Notes under the pieces: model-generated
What the model saw: only the letters and a program-made list of their open reading frames with translations
Databases searched by the model: none
What the model was told of the DNA's origin: nothing
Assembly (NCBI GenBank): GCA_963666285.1
Contig: OY762711.1
Reading direction: 5' to 3' (one strand)
DNA from: Sedimentisphaerales bacterium
GTDB lineage: Bacteria > Planctomycetota > Phycisphaerae > Sedimentisphaerales > SM23-30
Length of the DNA stretch: 64,000 bases
Shown: positions 28,066-39,077 of the stretch, one piece after another
Position numbering within the stretch: position 1 is the first letter of the stretch
How the letters are laid out: every line of letters starts with the position of its first letter
Made by a program: the position numbers and the translations under genes

Positions 28066-28155
28066 CCGCAAAAAGTTGATTTCAGACTTTTTTGCGGTCT
28101 TTTCAAATTTCTCTCAATTTTCTTATTAAAATCTCAAAAATAAAAGATTTTGAGA
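28066..28155 (-). terminator. two stem-loops downstream of the last gene of the prophage minus-strand arm
   Basis: The stem UCUCAAAA/UUUUGAGA (28132-28155) is followed by UUUUAAU on the minus strand. A second stem, CCGCAAAAA/UUUUUGCGG (28066-28097), could terminate in both directions. Confidence 0.6.
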
Positions 28156-28164
28156 AATATCCAA

Positions 28165-30252
28165 TTATTTCACTGACAGCCTAACATCTCTGGTCATAAC
28201 TTGCAGCTGCTGGGTGTCGCCCTGGAAAGTTACCTTAGCAACTTCCGGGTACTTGGTAGTACCATCAGAATCAACTCCCAACTCAAAAGTTCTGCCAGTT
28301 ATTCGCTCAAGAAGATCACCAGGCTTTATCATGACGCCGCCACTGTCCCACCACAGGAAGTCCAGGACGAACCGGCCAGAGGTGGCCTTGTCCTGATTCG
28401 CCTTACGGATCTGCGAGATGTGGCTATCCAGAGCTGTCTGCAAATTAAGATCGTCTGATGGGTAGCTATCACTGTAGACACTAATTTGTCGAAGCTGAAA
28501 AGGATACCTGTCTGATAAGTCATATACAGATTGATGTTTAAAAAGACTTCCTCCACCATTAGCTGATGGATTACTGATAAGGCGTTGATCCATCTCAACT
28601 GTACAGGTGATCCTACATCTAGTGTGCCAGCCCGCAGTCCAGTCTATTCCTATCAGCTTATCTCTACATAATGACGTCCAATAGTTAAGAGCTATGCCGT
28701 CAAGAGTTCCGCCTGAAATAGTGTCATTGTCAGAAATATAGATATCTGACAGATTTGGCTGTGTGATTAAGATGCCAAGTTCATCCGGCAATGCTTCGAC
28801 GAGTCCATCTAGTTTATGCCAGGTAGCGCCGCCATCAAAAGAGAATTCTAGTTTAACTGGAAGCCTATTACCTTTTGTTGAAAACTCGTTAACATAGCTT
28901 AAACATTGCTTTAAACGCCTAGTAAATGGAGCATAATTCGGCTGTCCGCTAGAGGTAACATAGCTACTACCGATCACAGTAGAAAAATCAAACACATCTC
29001 CACGATTGGCAGCACCTGAATATTTGCCAGATTCGTTCAGGGCCCAACGTCTACCAACAAATGGCCTAAATCTGTCTCCTCTTGAATGATACAGCTGGTA
29101 GAACGTATAAGCATTTGGATCAGTCGCTTGCTTAAGTTCCTTTTCAGTAAAAAATAAATTGCTAATATCCGGAACCAGGTTACTATCTAGCCAGCCTGGC
29201 ACCAACTCTAGTGTAACCTCAAATTTATGTACGCCGCCAAGACCAACCGGCTGGTTGATCACGGGTGTAATATCTTCTGTCATTTCCATTGCGGCTAGAA
29301 TCTTATCGCCACGAGTGATAGCATCAAGGATTGACTCAGAAGCATTAGCCGCATAAAACTCGTGTGAAGTTGAATGCGTACAGGAACTGCCTCTTTTGAA
29401 GAATACTAATTTGTCCCCTCCGGTTGTTTGATCCCAGTCAATTCTGAATGACCAGCCGAGTTGCCTACATATCGTGTCTATTGCTTCCAGCATGTTCATA
29501 CCATCGACGCTAACAGAAGCAAGCTCGGTATCAAAGTCAGAGTGATCTAATCCCATATCAGCAAATGAAGCTGTTAATAAATAAGGAAAATACGAATATG
29601 AGAGGCTAGAACTCTTCAGAATATAATCTATCATCCTGCGTGCAGTCCAATACTCCGCCTGAGACTCAATTGCTGTAAATACCGGCATATGGATGTAATT
29701 ACTATTGTATGTAAATATTTGTGCCGTGTTGACATCTTTATTCGGCCTGCCGCCATCATTAAAAATACACCGCCTCCCAAGTAACCAGGCTGCAGGTGTC
29801 GGTGTAGTTGTTACGGTAGCTAAAGGTACTGTTTTCATATCATTTTGATACGCAGAAGCAAGCCTGGCGTATTGTCCAAAGACAACTTGCGAAACTGCCA
29901 TCAGCCAGCGAATGTCCTGAATATCAGTTGAGAGATGCTGTTTGCAAGAATCCTGGTTGCCGCTGAAACCTCTATCCATCTTAGCAGAGATGCCGGAGAA
30001 TAGAATCGTATTACCAGCTTTGACTCTCACCTTATCACACCTTCCTACAGGTGAGATATGCCAGTCTATCGCCGGAAAGCTTATAACGGCTCTTGACGGC
30101 ATTATACCCATATCATAGACAATAGAGTCTACCTTGCAGCCTGCGATAGGTGTCCACTCTCCCCAGGTAACAGGGCTGCCGGCAACAGCGGTTGCAACCT
30201 CAACTGTCAATGTTGTTGCTATGCGTTCTAAATTATAGCGTTGTGTTGTCAT
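28165..30252 (-). CDS. large virion structural protein (tail/host-interaction candidate)
   Basis: The ORF is 695 aa from ATG 30252, 8 nt after the previous stop; the track's upstream start overlaps. It is the last gene of the structural arm. No motif was recognised. Confidence 0.5.
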   Translation of the reverse strand: MTTQRYNLERIATTLTVEVATAVAGSPVTWGEWTPIAGCKVDSIVYDMGIMPSRAVISFPAIDWHISPVGRCDKVRVKAGNTILFSGISAKMDRGFSGNQDSCKQHLSTDIQDIRWLMAVSQVVFGQYARLASAYQNDMKTVPLATVTTTPTPAAWLLGRRCIFNDGGRPNKDVNTAQIFTYNSNYIHMPVFTAIESQAEYWTARRMIDYILKSSSLSYSYFPYLLTASFADMGLDHSDFDTELASVSVDGMNMLEAIDTICRQLGWSFRIDWDQTTGGDKLVFFKRGSSCTHSTSHEFYAANASESILDAITRGDKILAAMEMTEDITPVINQPVGLGGVHKFEVTLELVPGWLDSNLVPDISNLFFTEKELKQATDPNAYTFYQLYHSRGDRFRPFVGRRWALNESGKYSGAANRGDVFDFSTVIGSSYVTSSGQPNYAPFTRRLKQCLSYVNEFSTKGNRLPVKLEFSFDGGATWHKLDGLVEALPDELGILITQPNLSDIYISDNDTISGGTLDGIALNYWTSLCRDKLIGIDWTAGWHTRCRITCTVEMDQRLISNPSANGGGSLFKHQSVYDLSDRYPFQLRQISVYSDSYPSDDLNLQTALDSHISQIRKANQDKATSGRFVLDFLWWDSGGVMIKPGDLLERITGRTFELGVDSDGTTKYPEVAKVTFQGDTQQLQVMTRDVRLSVK

Positions 30253-30260
30253 AATTAAAT

Positions 30261-33200
30261 CTAAACCGTATTGGATATTATTGTGGCAGAAGACCACGTG
30301 CCAGGATAATTGCCTATGTCACTCCAATATCTAACCCTATAACTAATAGATTGAGTTTCATCTTTAAATGTTGCCGACGCATATGAGGCTGAGGGTAAGC
30401 TTACTACCGATGTTCCGGCAGAGTCTGTAATTTCCAGCTCATATGTTAGCGAATCTTGATACCACGGCACCTTAAATGTAAGCATATCCTGAAAATTAAT
30501 ACTGTCCGATGTAATCCTGGCAGCGGTTGCTATCACCGCCTGGTGCGGGAAAAACATCGTCTCTTCAGATAACGCCAGGTTGTCGGAATTAACCACATCG
30601 CTGTAATTATCCGGATATGCTCCACCCGAAACAGAACCGTAATTATCATGCGCCACGCAGGTCATATATATCGCAGAATAATCATGGAACGCTTCTACCT
30701 GCCATAGCGTCTGGCTGCCGTCCAGGGACTTATCATAAAGATAAGTCTCATCATCTTCATCCATCGCCGTTAGCCAGGCAGACAGACCGGTCACACCGGT
30801 TTCATCGACAACCGTTTCCAAAGTAAAATCATACAGGGTCCCATGTCCGGCCTCATCCTGGACCAGAGTTACCCAGGCCCTGATTCTCCAATCAGGTTCA
30901 TAATTCTCATCCTCATAGTCACTATGTCCCATTCCTGCATATACAAGATTAGCATCACACAGCTCAGGACCTCTCACAAATTTAAGATCAGGGACAGGCG
31001 GTTCTGAATCTATTAGGTCTCCAAAAACTAAATCACATCTCTCATATAATCTTTTAAAAGAGCAATTGTTATATAAAGACCAGTCCACCTCGGCATATAA
31101 AGGCTGATTGACAACTTCTAGCTCCATATGCCATATACAAACAGGGACATCATCAATCCCGTTAACTCCTGACTGAGGACCTAACTGATTAGGATTCCCC
31201 CAGGGAGGAAGGAATTCAATTACATTACAAGTCTCTCCACTTATCTCAACTGTCCCTGTTATATTTGAAGCTTGCAAAGGAACTGATACATATTCTGTAG
31301 GTCTTTCTATAATTCCATTTGTTCCACCTTCAAGGTGTTCATATAAATATTCAGTTCCATAACTTGAACCATCTCTGAAGAGAAAAACAGGGTCATGTGC
31401 CTGCTGTTCAAAGTTACTATATATCCCTGTCCCAGTATCATAGTCTGAAGTTACTGAGATTAGTCCGGCGTTATTAGCAGTTAGAGCCAGTAAAACATAA
31501 GTTGTATAACCAGCCTCAAAGGGACTAATCCCTAATACATCTTGGTAAGTGTTGACATCAACAACCATACCTGCTCTCTCTATACAGACTCCTCCTTTCC
31601 AGTAACCACTATAACTATCAATGTAAGCTTTCCATCCTTGCCCTACTCCCTCTATCGATCCGGTGGTTATCCAGTCTTCCATACCATCAGGATAATTTGT
31701 CGCATACCAGCTCTGTTGATTAGCAAACATAATTGCTAGAGCCTCTTCTTTTGTTGCAGAGGTTGGTATGCTCGTCCACACCCAGCTATAGGCATCTCCG
31801 AAACTGCTCTTATCAAGACTAGCCTGAATGCTGCGAATTAATTTATGATAAGTAAATTCGCATTGGGCGCAAGTTAACAGGTTAAGAATTTCTCTGCAAT
31901 GATTCAGGATCCTGTAAACTCTATCGTAATATGCAGGAGTCGCGAAGTCTCCAAAGTGCCGTTCATTTATCTGTGTATCACAATATAGCGTGCCGGTCGG
32001 CACTGCATCAAGTAAAACAAAAGTTTTCCCAGCCGTAGAATCATATCTCCTAGTCTTGACGGTATAGACCGTTGTAACCGCATCGATTGCATGATCTGAA
32101 CCTGTGAAGCTCCATATCTTATAGCCCGGTCTGGGTGTTGCCTGCTCGCCACTGAACGATATCAAAGCCCCGCTTTCAACGGTATAAGAGGGCAACGCCG
32201 TTCCAAAATCTGTAATCGCCGGTATACTCATTGCCTCCGCCGATGTATCCTGTTGTGGTGCGTTTGATCTCGATGTGTCTAAAATACTCCTGCCCGGCAT
32301 GCGAACATCGCGACTATTAGAATCGAACCAGTAAGTTTGCATTCCGCAAGGATCTGCACTGCTTCCATCTATTCTGATATCTTCATAATGTCCCAAGGTA
32401 TATTTCCATGTTCTCCGCCAGGTGCCTTCAACAACAGGATAGCATGCTTCCGCAAAATCTGTCCAATTATCTAAACCTGTTACACTATTACAACTAGATG
32501 ACTCATTATATGTCCCTGTGTCCTGTTTTATCTCCCAGCGTTCATCCATAATCTGCTTCCAGGTCCATTTAGTATCTGACTTATCGAATACCCAATCATA
32601 GTAGTCAGAGCCTAATTTTTTTAATAGCAATTCAATTGCAGATTCATTCTCTCCCCAAAAAACATCATCAAGAGCAGCCCACTGTTTTTGAGAAGGATTC
32701 AGTTTAGGGAGCCATGCTTTTGAAGTTCCTCCCCAATCTAAAATATCCCCATAGGTAGTGTAGGAACTAGGCATAGAATACTTGGATTCCAGATACCCTC
32801 TGTGAGCAACTGGAGCAGTTGTGTTCTCATGATACCAAAGCCAGTTGTCTATATAGTCTTCATCAGGCTTCATAACCCAGGTCCTGCCTGAGAAACCTGA
32901 AGAAAAATCATAACCAGAAACACCATCAAAACTCATAGTTGTTACTTGTTTCTGGGCTATGAGTTCAATCATATTTTGAACAGCTCCGTTAAACTTTCCT
33001 TGGCTCCATTTGTCCTCCCATTTTGATGTATAGTGTTGAGATGGAAACCAGCCAGCCTCTCCGTGATATCCCATGGAGCCTATCTCAACTTGATGTATTT
33101 CTTGATACTGTTTAGACCAGCTTGCTCCATGGTGGTCTGAATCACCTGTCCCAGTTGAATAGCCTGTCTCCATACAACTATCATAAGGACCTAGTGAATC

Positions 33201-34385
33201 AGGGTCTGTAATCTGTAGCGGGTCTATTTGAACCTTACTCTTATATTTCCACTTAGACCCCAAATCTCCTAAATAAAACTTAGGTTCAATGATCTCTTTT
33301 GGGTCAGTTGGGAATGGGAGGTAATCAGAAACAGGAAAGACTGCTGTATAAAAATCATACTCCCCCAGTGTCCTGCTCCCGGCAAAATCTCCATAGGTCA
33401 TAAACCTATGAGAGTTAGTATCAAAACAATGATATACAGAAGCATTAAACCCTCTCACCCAGTCCCCATTATAATCAACTGCTAATATTCCTCCTGTTGG
33501 AGGTCTTCCATCATTAGGACCTCTTAGAACATCAGGACCATCAAGAGGATACCTGTGATACATATCTTTGTTGCTCCACCATCTTCCTGTCCTGTATGAG
33601 TCATATCCTAAATCAGAAATATTAGCCAAGTCAGCATGTAAATCTCCATTAGTTCCATTATACGCACTTCCTGATGAACCGTGGTTACCCCTGAATATCC
33701 ACCAGTCTCCCCCAAAGTCACATATAGCATCAACTTCTGAGAATCCTGAACATGATGTTAATTGAACACTGTTTCCCTCTAAATCAGTTGGAGTTATATA
33801 TAAATAACTTCCTGAGACCCTTAATGAACCAACTCTGTAAAAACCATTGTTGACTTGTTCCCAATTAGAAGAAGTTGAATTAATTTTAAATGGAGTCCCT
33901 ATTCTGAAATCATCTTGAACAGCATACCATTGCTCTGTTCCTGATGTAGGAGAAATAGTTGAACCTGTTTGAGTGAATAACCCATAAGAGCTTATTTGGG
34001 AACCTAATGAAAATTTAAATTCTCCCAAGGGATTAGTAGAAGTATCTACTTCTAATACTTCATAACTGAAATTATATTCATACCAGCATGAAATTGAGCC
34101 AGGTTTAATACTCGCCCAATCAATATTATGAAGCTTATCAGTTGTGTCATAAACAATATCAGAAGTTGGATAAGGAAGAAGCATATCTTCCCAATTATTT
34201 AAATAATTCTGGGAAGTTATATAAGGATTTCCTGAAAAAGAGCTATGAATGGCTGGCTTGCCAAAGCCAATAGAAGCAAGATAAATAAACCTTCTTATGT
34301 CTTCGTGATTCAGATGATGGATTACATCACCAGGCACGATTGGCCATTGACCTAATTTCCAGATTGCTTCAGATTGATTAGACAT
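30261..34385 (-). CDS. giant (1374-aa) virion structural protein, function unknown
   Basis: The ORF is uninterrupted and its start directly abuts the upstream stop. It is rich in W/Y/G/S/T, as in fibre or adhesin proteins. No catalytic motif was recognised. Confidence 0.55.
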   Translation of the reverse strand: MSNQSEAIWKLGQWPIVPGDVIHHLNHEDIRRFIYLASIGFGKPAIHSSFSGNPYITSQNYLNNWEDMLLPYPTSDIVYDTTDKLHNIDWASIKPGSISCWYEYNFSYEVLEVDTSTNPLGEFKFSLGSQISSYGLFTQTGSTISPTSGTEQWYAVQDDFRIGTPFKINSTSSNWEQVNNGFYRVGSLRVSGSYLYITPTDLEGNSVQLTSCSGFSEVDAICDFGGDWWIFRGNHGSSGSAYNGTNGDLHADLANISDLGYDSYRTGRWWSNKDMYHRYPLDGPDVLRGPNDGRPPTGGILAVDYNGDWVRGFNASVYHCFDTNSHRFMTYGDFAGSRTLGEYDFYTAVFPVSDYLPFPTDPKEIIEPKFYLGDLGSKWKYKSKVQIDPLQITDPDSLGPYDSCMETGYSTGTGDSDHHGASWSKQYQEIHQVEIGSMGYHGEAGWFPSQHYTSKWEDKWSQGKFNGAVQNMIELIAQKQVTTMSFDGVSGYDFSSGFSGRTWVMKPDEDYIDNWLWYHENTTAPVAHRGYLESKYSMPSSYTTYGDILDWGGTSKAWLPKLNPSQKQWAALDDVFWGENESAIELLLKKLGSDYYDWVFDKSDTKWTWKQIMDERWEIKQDTGTYNESSSCNSVTGLDNWTDFAEACYPVVEGTWRRTWKYTLGHYEDIRIDGSSADPCGMQTYWFDSNSRDVRMPGRSILDTSRSNAPQQDTSAEAMSIPAITDFGTALPSYTVESGALISFSGEQATPRPGYKIWSFTGSDHAIDAVTTVYTVKTRRYDSTAGKTFVLLDAVPTGTLYCDTQINERHFGDFATPAYYDRVYRILNHCREILNLLTCAQCEFTYHKLIRSIQASLDKSSFGDAYSWVWTSIPTSATKEEALAIMFANQQSWYATNYPDGMEDWITTGSIEGVGQGWKAYIDSYSGYWKGGVCIERAGMVVDVNTYQDVLGISPFEAGYTTYVLLALTANNAGLISVTSDYDTGTGIYSNFEQQAHDPVFLFRDGSSYGTEYLYEHLEGGTNGIIERPTEYVSVPLQASNITGTVEISGETCNVIEFLPPWGNPNQLGPQSGVNGIDDVPVCIWHMELEVVNQPLYAEVDWSLYNNCSFKRLYERCDLVFGDLIDSEPPVPDLKFVRGPELCDANLVYAGMGHSDYEDENYEPDWRIRAWVTLVQDEAGHGTLYDFTLETVVDETGVTGLSAWLTAMDEDDETYLYDKSLDGSQTLWQVEAFHDYSAIYMTCVAHDNYGSVSGGAYPDNYSDVVNSDNLALSEETMFFPHQAVIATAARITSDSINFQDMLTFKVPWYQDSLTYELEITDSAGTSVVSLPSASYASATFKDETQSISYRVRYWSDIGNYPGTWSSATIISNTV

Positions 34386-34865
34386 CTATACCCACACCGC
34401 CACTATATGACCTGTTTCGCTGTTATGCCTGAACGATGATGTACTTTCTCCGCCGACATATTTTAACGGCTCATCCAGATACCATATCGTATCAGCTTCA
34501 GCCGCATCCCATCTTGATACTATTCTGACAATTGATCCAACTTTAAACCAGGGCAGCCAATTTCTGATATCGGTTGCATTAGCGTCATACCCCTCGTATC
34601 CCAATGCTCGGTCGATAGTAATATTAGTTCCATCACCAACCCAGGCACCGGAAGTATTAACCGACGCCTTCTGCACGGTATAATGATCGGCGGTCGCCGA
34701 ATCGTATTCCGGGATCTCGGTTACAATTGCCCATTGGAGAGAAGCCGCCCCTCCGCCTTCAGGACGCACCGCCTGCTCCGCCTGGATCATGATCGCTCCG
34801 TCCGGAGTGCCTGTTCGTTCCAGCGATGCTTTACGTGCTATATTGTCTCGTAGTAATTGACTCAT
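34386..34865 (-). CDS. hypothetical phage structural protein
   Basis: A 159-aa ORF with a 4-nt overlap with the upstream gene, in the structural arm. Confidence 0.5.
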   Translation of the reverse strand: MSQLLRDNIARKASLERTGTPDGAIMIQAEQAVRPEGGGAASLQWAIVTEIPEYDSATADHYTVQKASVNTSGAWVGDGTNITIDRALGYEGYDANATDIRNWLPWFKVGSIVRIVSRWDAAEADTIWYLDEPLKYVGGESTSSFRHNSETGHIVAVWV

Positions 34866-35473
34866 TCGCTCTTCAATACTCCGTTAATCTTATCTTGGAT
34901 CAGAGCTGTAACATCATCAACCTTTTCGAGTGCTGCATCTATCAAGGCTCCGCTGCCGTGAATCGTAACACTCTTGGCAAAAGCAAACAACAATCTAAAC
35001 TTACCTCGTTTCCCATTCCTTCGTCCAAATAATAACTGCCCGCCGCTACGAACAAAAAAACCATCTTCCACCTGGCGAGGTGAGGTAAAGCGAGGTACTC
35101 CGCTCGGCGTAAAATTTTCGCCTGCTGGAATTGCCAGGTATTTACTTTTTTTAGGTGTGATAGTGACAGTCTCATCGCCAAGCAGCCATTTATATTGATC
35201 AACATTACTGCCGTCAGGTATTCCGATTGACACACTGTTAGCATTCTGCTGCCAGCTCATCACAGCTGCCGACAGCATACCTGTCCGCCGTTTGAGATAT
35301 TGACCGCTTAGATATTCAGTTACCAGGTGACCGGCGATCATCTGGCCGCCTTCGGCCAGGCCTTCGCTAGCAGCATCAAAAATAGACCTGCCTCGCCCGA
35401 TCATATCCTGCTCGAACGTCCGCCAGCCACTACCAAGTTCTATCATCAACTGCATCGAAAACCTTAAATACAA
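34862..35473 (-). CDS. neck/tail-completion protein candidate (HK97 gp10 / virion-morphogenesis-like)
   Basis: It lies after the head-tail connector. The ...VSIGIP...ITPKKSKYLAIP... pattern recalls gp10-like proteins; this is weak similarity from memory. Confidence 0.35.
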   Translation of the reverse strand: MYLRFSMQLMIELGSGWRTFEQDMIGRGRSIFDAASEGLAEGGQMIAGHLVTEYLSGQYLKRRTGMLSAAVMSWQQNANSVSIGIPDGSNVDQYKWLLGDETVTITPKKSKYLAIPAGENFTPSGVPRFTSPRQVEDGFFVRSGGQLLFGRRNGKRGKFRLLFAFAKSVTIHGSGALIDAALEKVDDVTALIQDKINGVLKSE

Positions 35474-36063
35474 AAACCTGCGGGGTTCCTAAATAATTCC
35501 AACACTTTCAACACTTCCGGCAAAAACGGCTTCAGCGTATGCAGCTGACTATCGCCACCGTCAAAGCTCTCGCCTTTACTACCGGGATTATTCCGCCTGG
35601 TCAGCTCACAGATGCATTGCTTGATCGCCGCACCACGCAGCGACTCCGGCACCACCTTCTCTCCATCGCCAGGCGTATCACCAGCCGCCGTATACCCGCC
35701 GCGATAGATCACCTGTACGCTATCAGCCTGTTTCGGCCAGTCACAATCAAGTCGCTGTAAAACGCCGTTTAACCCGGCTTTAACAATACGATAATCCGAA
35801 TTTGCCGTAAGGGCAGCAGCACTATCGAAATCATAGGCACAGGACTCCTTAACGCTAACAACAGACACTATCGGCCAGGCATTCACGTGCAGCACATTCC
35901 CCGGCCCCTGGTGATACTCCGTATAATCGCCAACAATAAATTTACGCTGACAATATTCCTCGAACTGTGCCGTCACGCTCTTGGCAATTTCCAGTAGCAC
36001 AGCATCATCGCCGCTGCCGGTTTCGCCCATAATTGTTTTAATTTGTGCTACAGTACAAAGCAT
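35464..36063 (-). CDS. head-tail connector (gp6-like / DNA-packaging QLRG-type) protein
   Basis: The N-terminus MLCTVAQIKTIMGETGSGDDAVLLEIAKSVTAQFEEYCQRKF is typical of gp6-like connector proteins. Confidence 0.55.
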   Translation of the reverse strand: MLCTVAQIKTIMGETGSGDDAVLLEIAKSVTAQFEEYCQRKFIVGDYTEYHQGPGNVLHVNAWPIVSVVSVKESCAYDFDSAAALTANSDYRIVKAGLNGVLQRLDCDWPKQADSVQVIYRGGYTAAGDTPGDGEKVVPESLRGAAIKQCICELTRRNNPGSKGESFDGGDSQLHTLKPFLPEVLKVLELFRNPAGFCI

Positions 36064-36071
36064 ATCTTCAC

Positions 36072-38225
36072 CTATGGATAAACTGTCTTGACATTAGATT
36101 TATTAAGCTCTGTATTCCCATAATGTGTCACTGAATCCGGATACAAACTTTCTATGTCGTTTGCCGTTAAGCTACCAACGTATAACTGAGGGTCTGCAAT
36201 ATACACTTCGACGTCTTCATTGTCGTACGAACTATTGGAATCAGGGTAGAAGAATATGTCGTCATCTGTTGGGCTGGCTGCACAAAATCCTGTTGCGATA
36301 AATGGAATCCACTGCCCTTTCTTTAGAGCGTAGTAATCACTTCGCTGTGTACGTGATTCGTTGCCTGGTATAAACTGAAGGTGGAAATATGGCGATAGCA
36401 TATCTGGATTAGTATTGGTATCTTCACCTATATAAACCATATAGACAACCGTTACCACTTGTCCTGCATACTCGGCCACTTGTCCTGCTGTTAACTTAAG
36501 CTGGAACCCTGAAGGAAGTATGCCAGATACGCCTGCTTTCTTGCAAGAATTGTATCTTATAGCCTCAGTATATTTATCTTCAGGTATTCCCGAAGTAACT
36601 ATATTCCAGATGGCATAACCATCTAATGTGAAAGTAATATCTTTCCCATCAACAGATATTGTTTCACCCTTTTGGAAAACTCCAGAAAGGGCATCGATAC
36701 GGAATCTACCAACCAAATCACCTCCTGCAAGAGAACCGCTTACAGTCGTGACAGTACCATCGAGAGTCAATGTTGCTCCTGAAGTCTGTCCGGTCATAGT
36801 GTCATTATCTGCAAAGCTATCCGTTCCAGAACCACTAGTAAATGTCATCGTCTGTTCAGAATTATACCCGGAAGTTACAATTTGATCTGCAATCGCGGTA
36901 GCAGTTATTATATTCCGCTTATGTGGGTAATGCCCGCAAATATGACTTGTGATATTGACCCAAACATCACCAGTCTCATCTATGCAACGATCCCCATAAG
37001 GGGGTCGGAGCATGGCAATACATTCTCCATTCCATTCGATGAACGGAGAATATAATGTGTGACTACTGTTGTCCGAATAACGAACGACATCAGTACCTAC
37101 CCGCAAGGCTAAATTGATTTCATCTGTTGCCGGGTCAACGGCATATATCTCAAATACACCATCATTATCCTCTAACCAAGCAGAAGTTCCTGAATAACTG
37201 GCAGTGGACACATAAATTAACCCATTACCGCCAAGAGCAGGGTCAGAATAATGCCCATAAAAACCTGTATTCTTAATATTCTCATCCTTTAGTAGAGTTA
37301 TTGTTCCACCCGGCGAATCAGCAGTATCGCCCATATCAAGCTTATATATCTTCTGAGAATCTCCTCCGCCAAGTAATTGATAAGGTGGAGAATCACTCAT
37401 AAAATAAGCTACAGAGCCATTAGTTGGCAGGTCAACGATTCTCCAATCCTGAGCATTACCGGCAACTATATAATCGGAAATAACTTTGTCACTGGTCCAT
37501 GCGCTTCTTGCTCCTGAACCCAAGGCCCATCGAGTGAACCATGTTGAAGGGGAATCAATCAGACTAGGTATGTCTGCCTCTGCACAGAACAGAATAGAAC
37601 TGGCCTCATCAGTATCACCGGTGTACACATACAGACCTTTGCCCTCAACGTAGGTAGCTCCATGTACATGCGTAACAGCAGCAAGATCAACGCCGAATAG
37701 ATCATCCCAATTACCATTATCACCACAAGCAGCATCGGTCGCAACTGAACTAACGTAAACCCTGTCATGGAAAGCTCCGCCTACATCACCGGGGACAGAA
37801 CGAGCGAAATACAATAGAATCCTACGCTCCGCAGAACCACCTGCACCACCAGTTGTATCTAGGGTTACTGTATGTCTACCTAGATCGACTAAAGACCTGC
37901 CAAGAGAGTTTTTAGCGTCTGGGATGTCCGCAAGTTTCGTAAACGCAGTAGTGCCGTCAGGAGATTTCATAAGACATGAATTGTCTGATGTGTCACCATA
38001 GTTAATGAATAAACCTACTCCGTTAATACCCCATGCTCTGGCTATGTAGTTGTTAGCAACCAGACTTCCACACAAAGTGCCTGTGCCTTCATAGTCTATC
38101 ATCACCAGAGAATTGTTGGAATCTCCTGCATCCCATTTTTCGCCGCAAACTATTGAATCGCCAAACCTGCACCAGGGAGCGTAAATTTTAGAAGCTACAG
38201 TGTCATTAAATGTCCATTGTTTCAT
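36072..38225 (-). CDS. 717-aa structural protein of unknown function, between capsid accessories and connector
   Basis: The ORF is uninterrupted and Gly/Asp/Thr-rich, with a repetitive strand-like pattern that could fit a beta-propeller or fibre. Confidence 0.5.
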   Translation of the reverse strand: MKQWTFNDTVASKIYAPWCRFGDSIVCGEKWDAGDSNNSLVMIDYEGTGTLCGSLVANNYIARAWGINGVGLFINYGDTSDNSCLMKSPDGTTAFTKLADIPDAKNSLGRSLVDLGRHTVTLDTTGGAGGSAERRILLYFARSVPGDVGGAFHDRVYVSSVATDAACGDNGNWDDLFGVDLAAVTHVHGATYVEGKGLYVYTGDTDEASSILFCAEADIPSLIDSPSTWFTRWALGSGARSAWTSDKVISDYIVAGNAQDWRIVDLPTNGSVAYFMSDSPPYQLLGGGDSQKIYKLDMGDTADSPGGTITLLKDENIKNTGFYGHYSDPALGGNGLIYVSTASYSGTSAWLEDNDGVFEIYAVDPATDEINLALRVGTDVVRYSDNSSHTLYSPFIEWNGECIAMLRPPYGDRCIDETGDVWVNITSHICGHYPHKRNIITATAIADQIVTSGYNSEQTMTFTSGSGTDSFADNDTMTGQTSGATLTLDGTVTTVSGSLAGGDLVGRFRIDALSGVFQKGETISVDGKDITFTLDGYAIWNIVTSGIPEDKYTEAIRYNSCKKAGVSGILPSGFQLKLTAGQVAEYAGQVVTVVYMVYIGEDTNTNPDMLSPYFHLQFIPGNESRTQRSDYYALKKGQWIPFIATGFCAASPTDDDIFFYPDSNSSYDNEDVEVYIADPQLYVGSLTANDIESLYPDSVTHYGNTELNKSNVKTVYP

Positions 38226-38226
38226 C

Positions 38227-38616
38227 TTAATACCCCTTCACAACAGTTATTGTTTTAGCACCAGATACTACTTCAACAGAAAGATATCGATTCGTTATTG
38301 TCACAGAGCCACTAGCAGTATTAGCTTCGACCAGCAGCCAAACATCATTGTCTGCCGTTGGAATCTGAACACCTGCCGTCCCTGCCTCTATTGACTCAAT
38401 AGCAGTTTGTATATCTGCCAAACTAGCACCTTCTAACCTTAAAACATTATTTTGAATCAGTCCTTTTGTGCTTTCAGTAGTAATAACTGTACAATAACTA
38501 TCAGTCATCTCCGCAACGTAAACATCGTCAATATGATAGAACTCTCCCTCATTATAAACTCTACCATCGCTTGTCTTGTAAGTTCGCTTCATATATACAA
38601 ATTTAAACATGAGCAC
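38227..38616 (-). CDS. hypothetical phage protein
   Basis: A 129-aa ORF abutting its neighbours. Confidence 0.45.
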   Translation of the reverse strand: MLMFKFVYMKRTYKTSDGRVYNEGEFYHIDDVYVAEMTDSYCTVITTESTKGLIQNNVLRLEGASLADIQTAIESIEAGTAGVQIPTADNDVWLLVEANTASGSVTITNRYLSVEVVSGAKTITVVKGY

Positions 38617-38994
38617 CTACGCTTTCTTTTCCGGTTCGACAGTGTGATACGTACCTGGAGCAAGTTTTTCAGCATTATAGCAATGCTGCCACTTGCCCTT
38701 GCCGTTCTGGTATGCATAGCCAACCTGACCTCGCTTAGTAACTAGCCGCTGGATTTCCTTCAGCTTAGCTTCTGGTAGCGGATCCAGTTTACCATCACCA
38801 CTATTATTTTTAGGCTCAGCTTTTTTGTTTTTATCGCTGCGTTCCTTCAGCGGTTTGCCCGCTACGTCAAGTACTCTATAGCTGTTTTTTGGTAGCTGCT
38901 TGACCATAGATTGACCAAGCTCATAGGTCATATTACGATAATATTGGCCCATGATACCTGCCAGCCTTACTGTTCGTTTCATTTGAATTTTCAT
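38617..38994 (-). CDS. hypothetical basic phage protein
   Basis: A 125-aa Lys-rich ORF abutting its neighbours. Confidence 0.45.
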   Translation of the reverse strand: MKIQMKRTVRLAGIMGQYYRNMTYELGQSMVKQLPKNSYRVLDVAGKPLKERSDKNKKAEPKNNSGDGKLDPLPEAKLKEIQRLVTKRGQVGYAYQNGKGKWQHCYNAEKLAPGTYHTVEPEKKA

Positions 38995-39077
38995 TTTATT
39001 ATCCTCAAAGTTGCGGAGCTCTCCAAAGAGAGCCCCGCCTCAGAAATAACATTTGGCCTATCGCCGTTGTTTTTACT

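Noticed and set aside
27874-28071. 65-aa minus-strand ORF in the mraZ-prophage spacer
   Set aside because: Its composition is Trp/Leu/Ala-rich and implausible. It spans the tandem TTTTCCACA repeats (which give the KLVEKLVK ending) and terminator stems.
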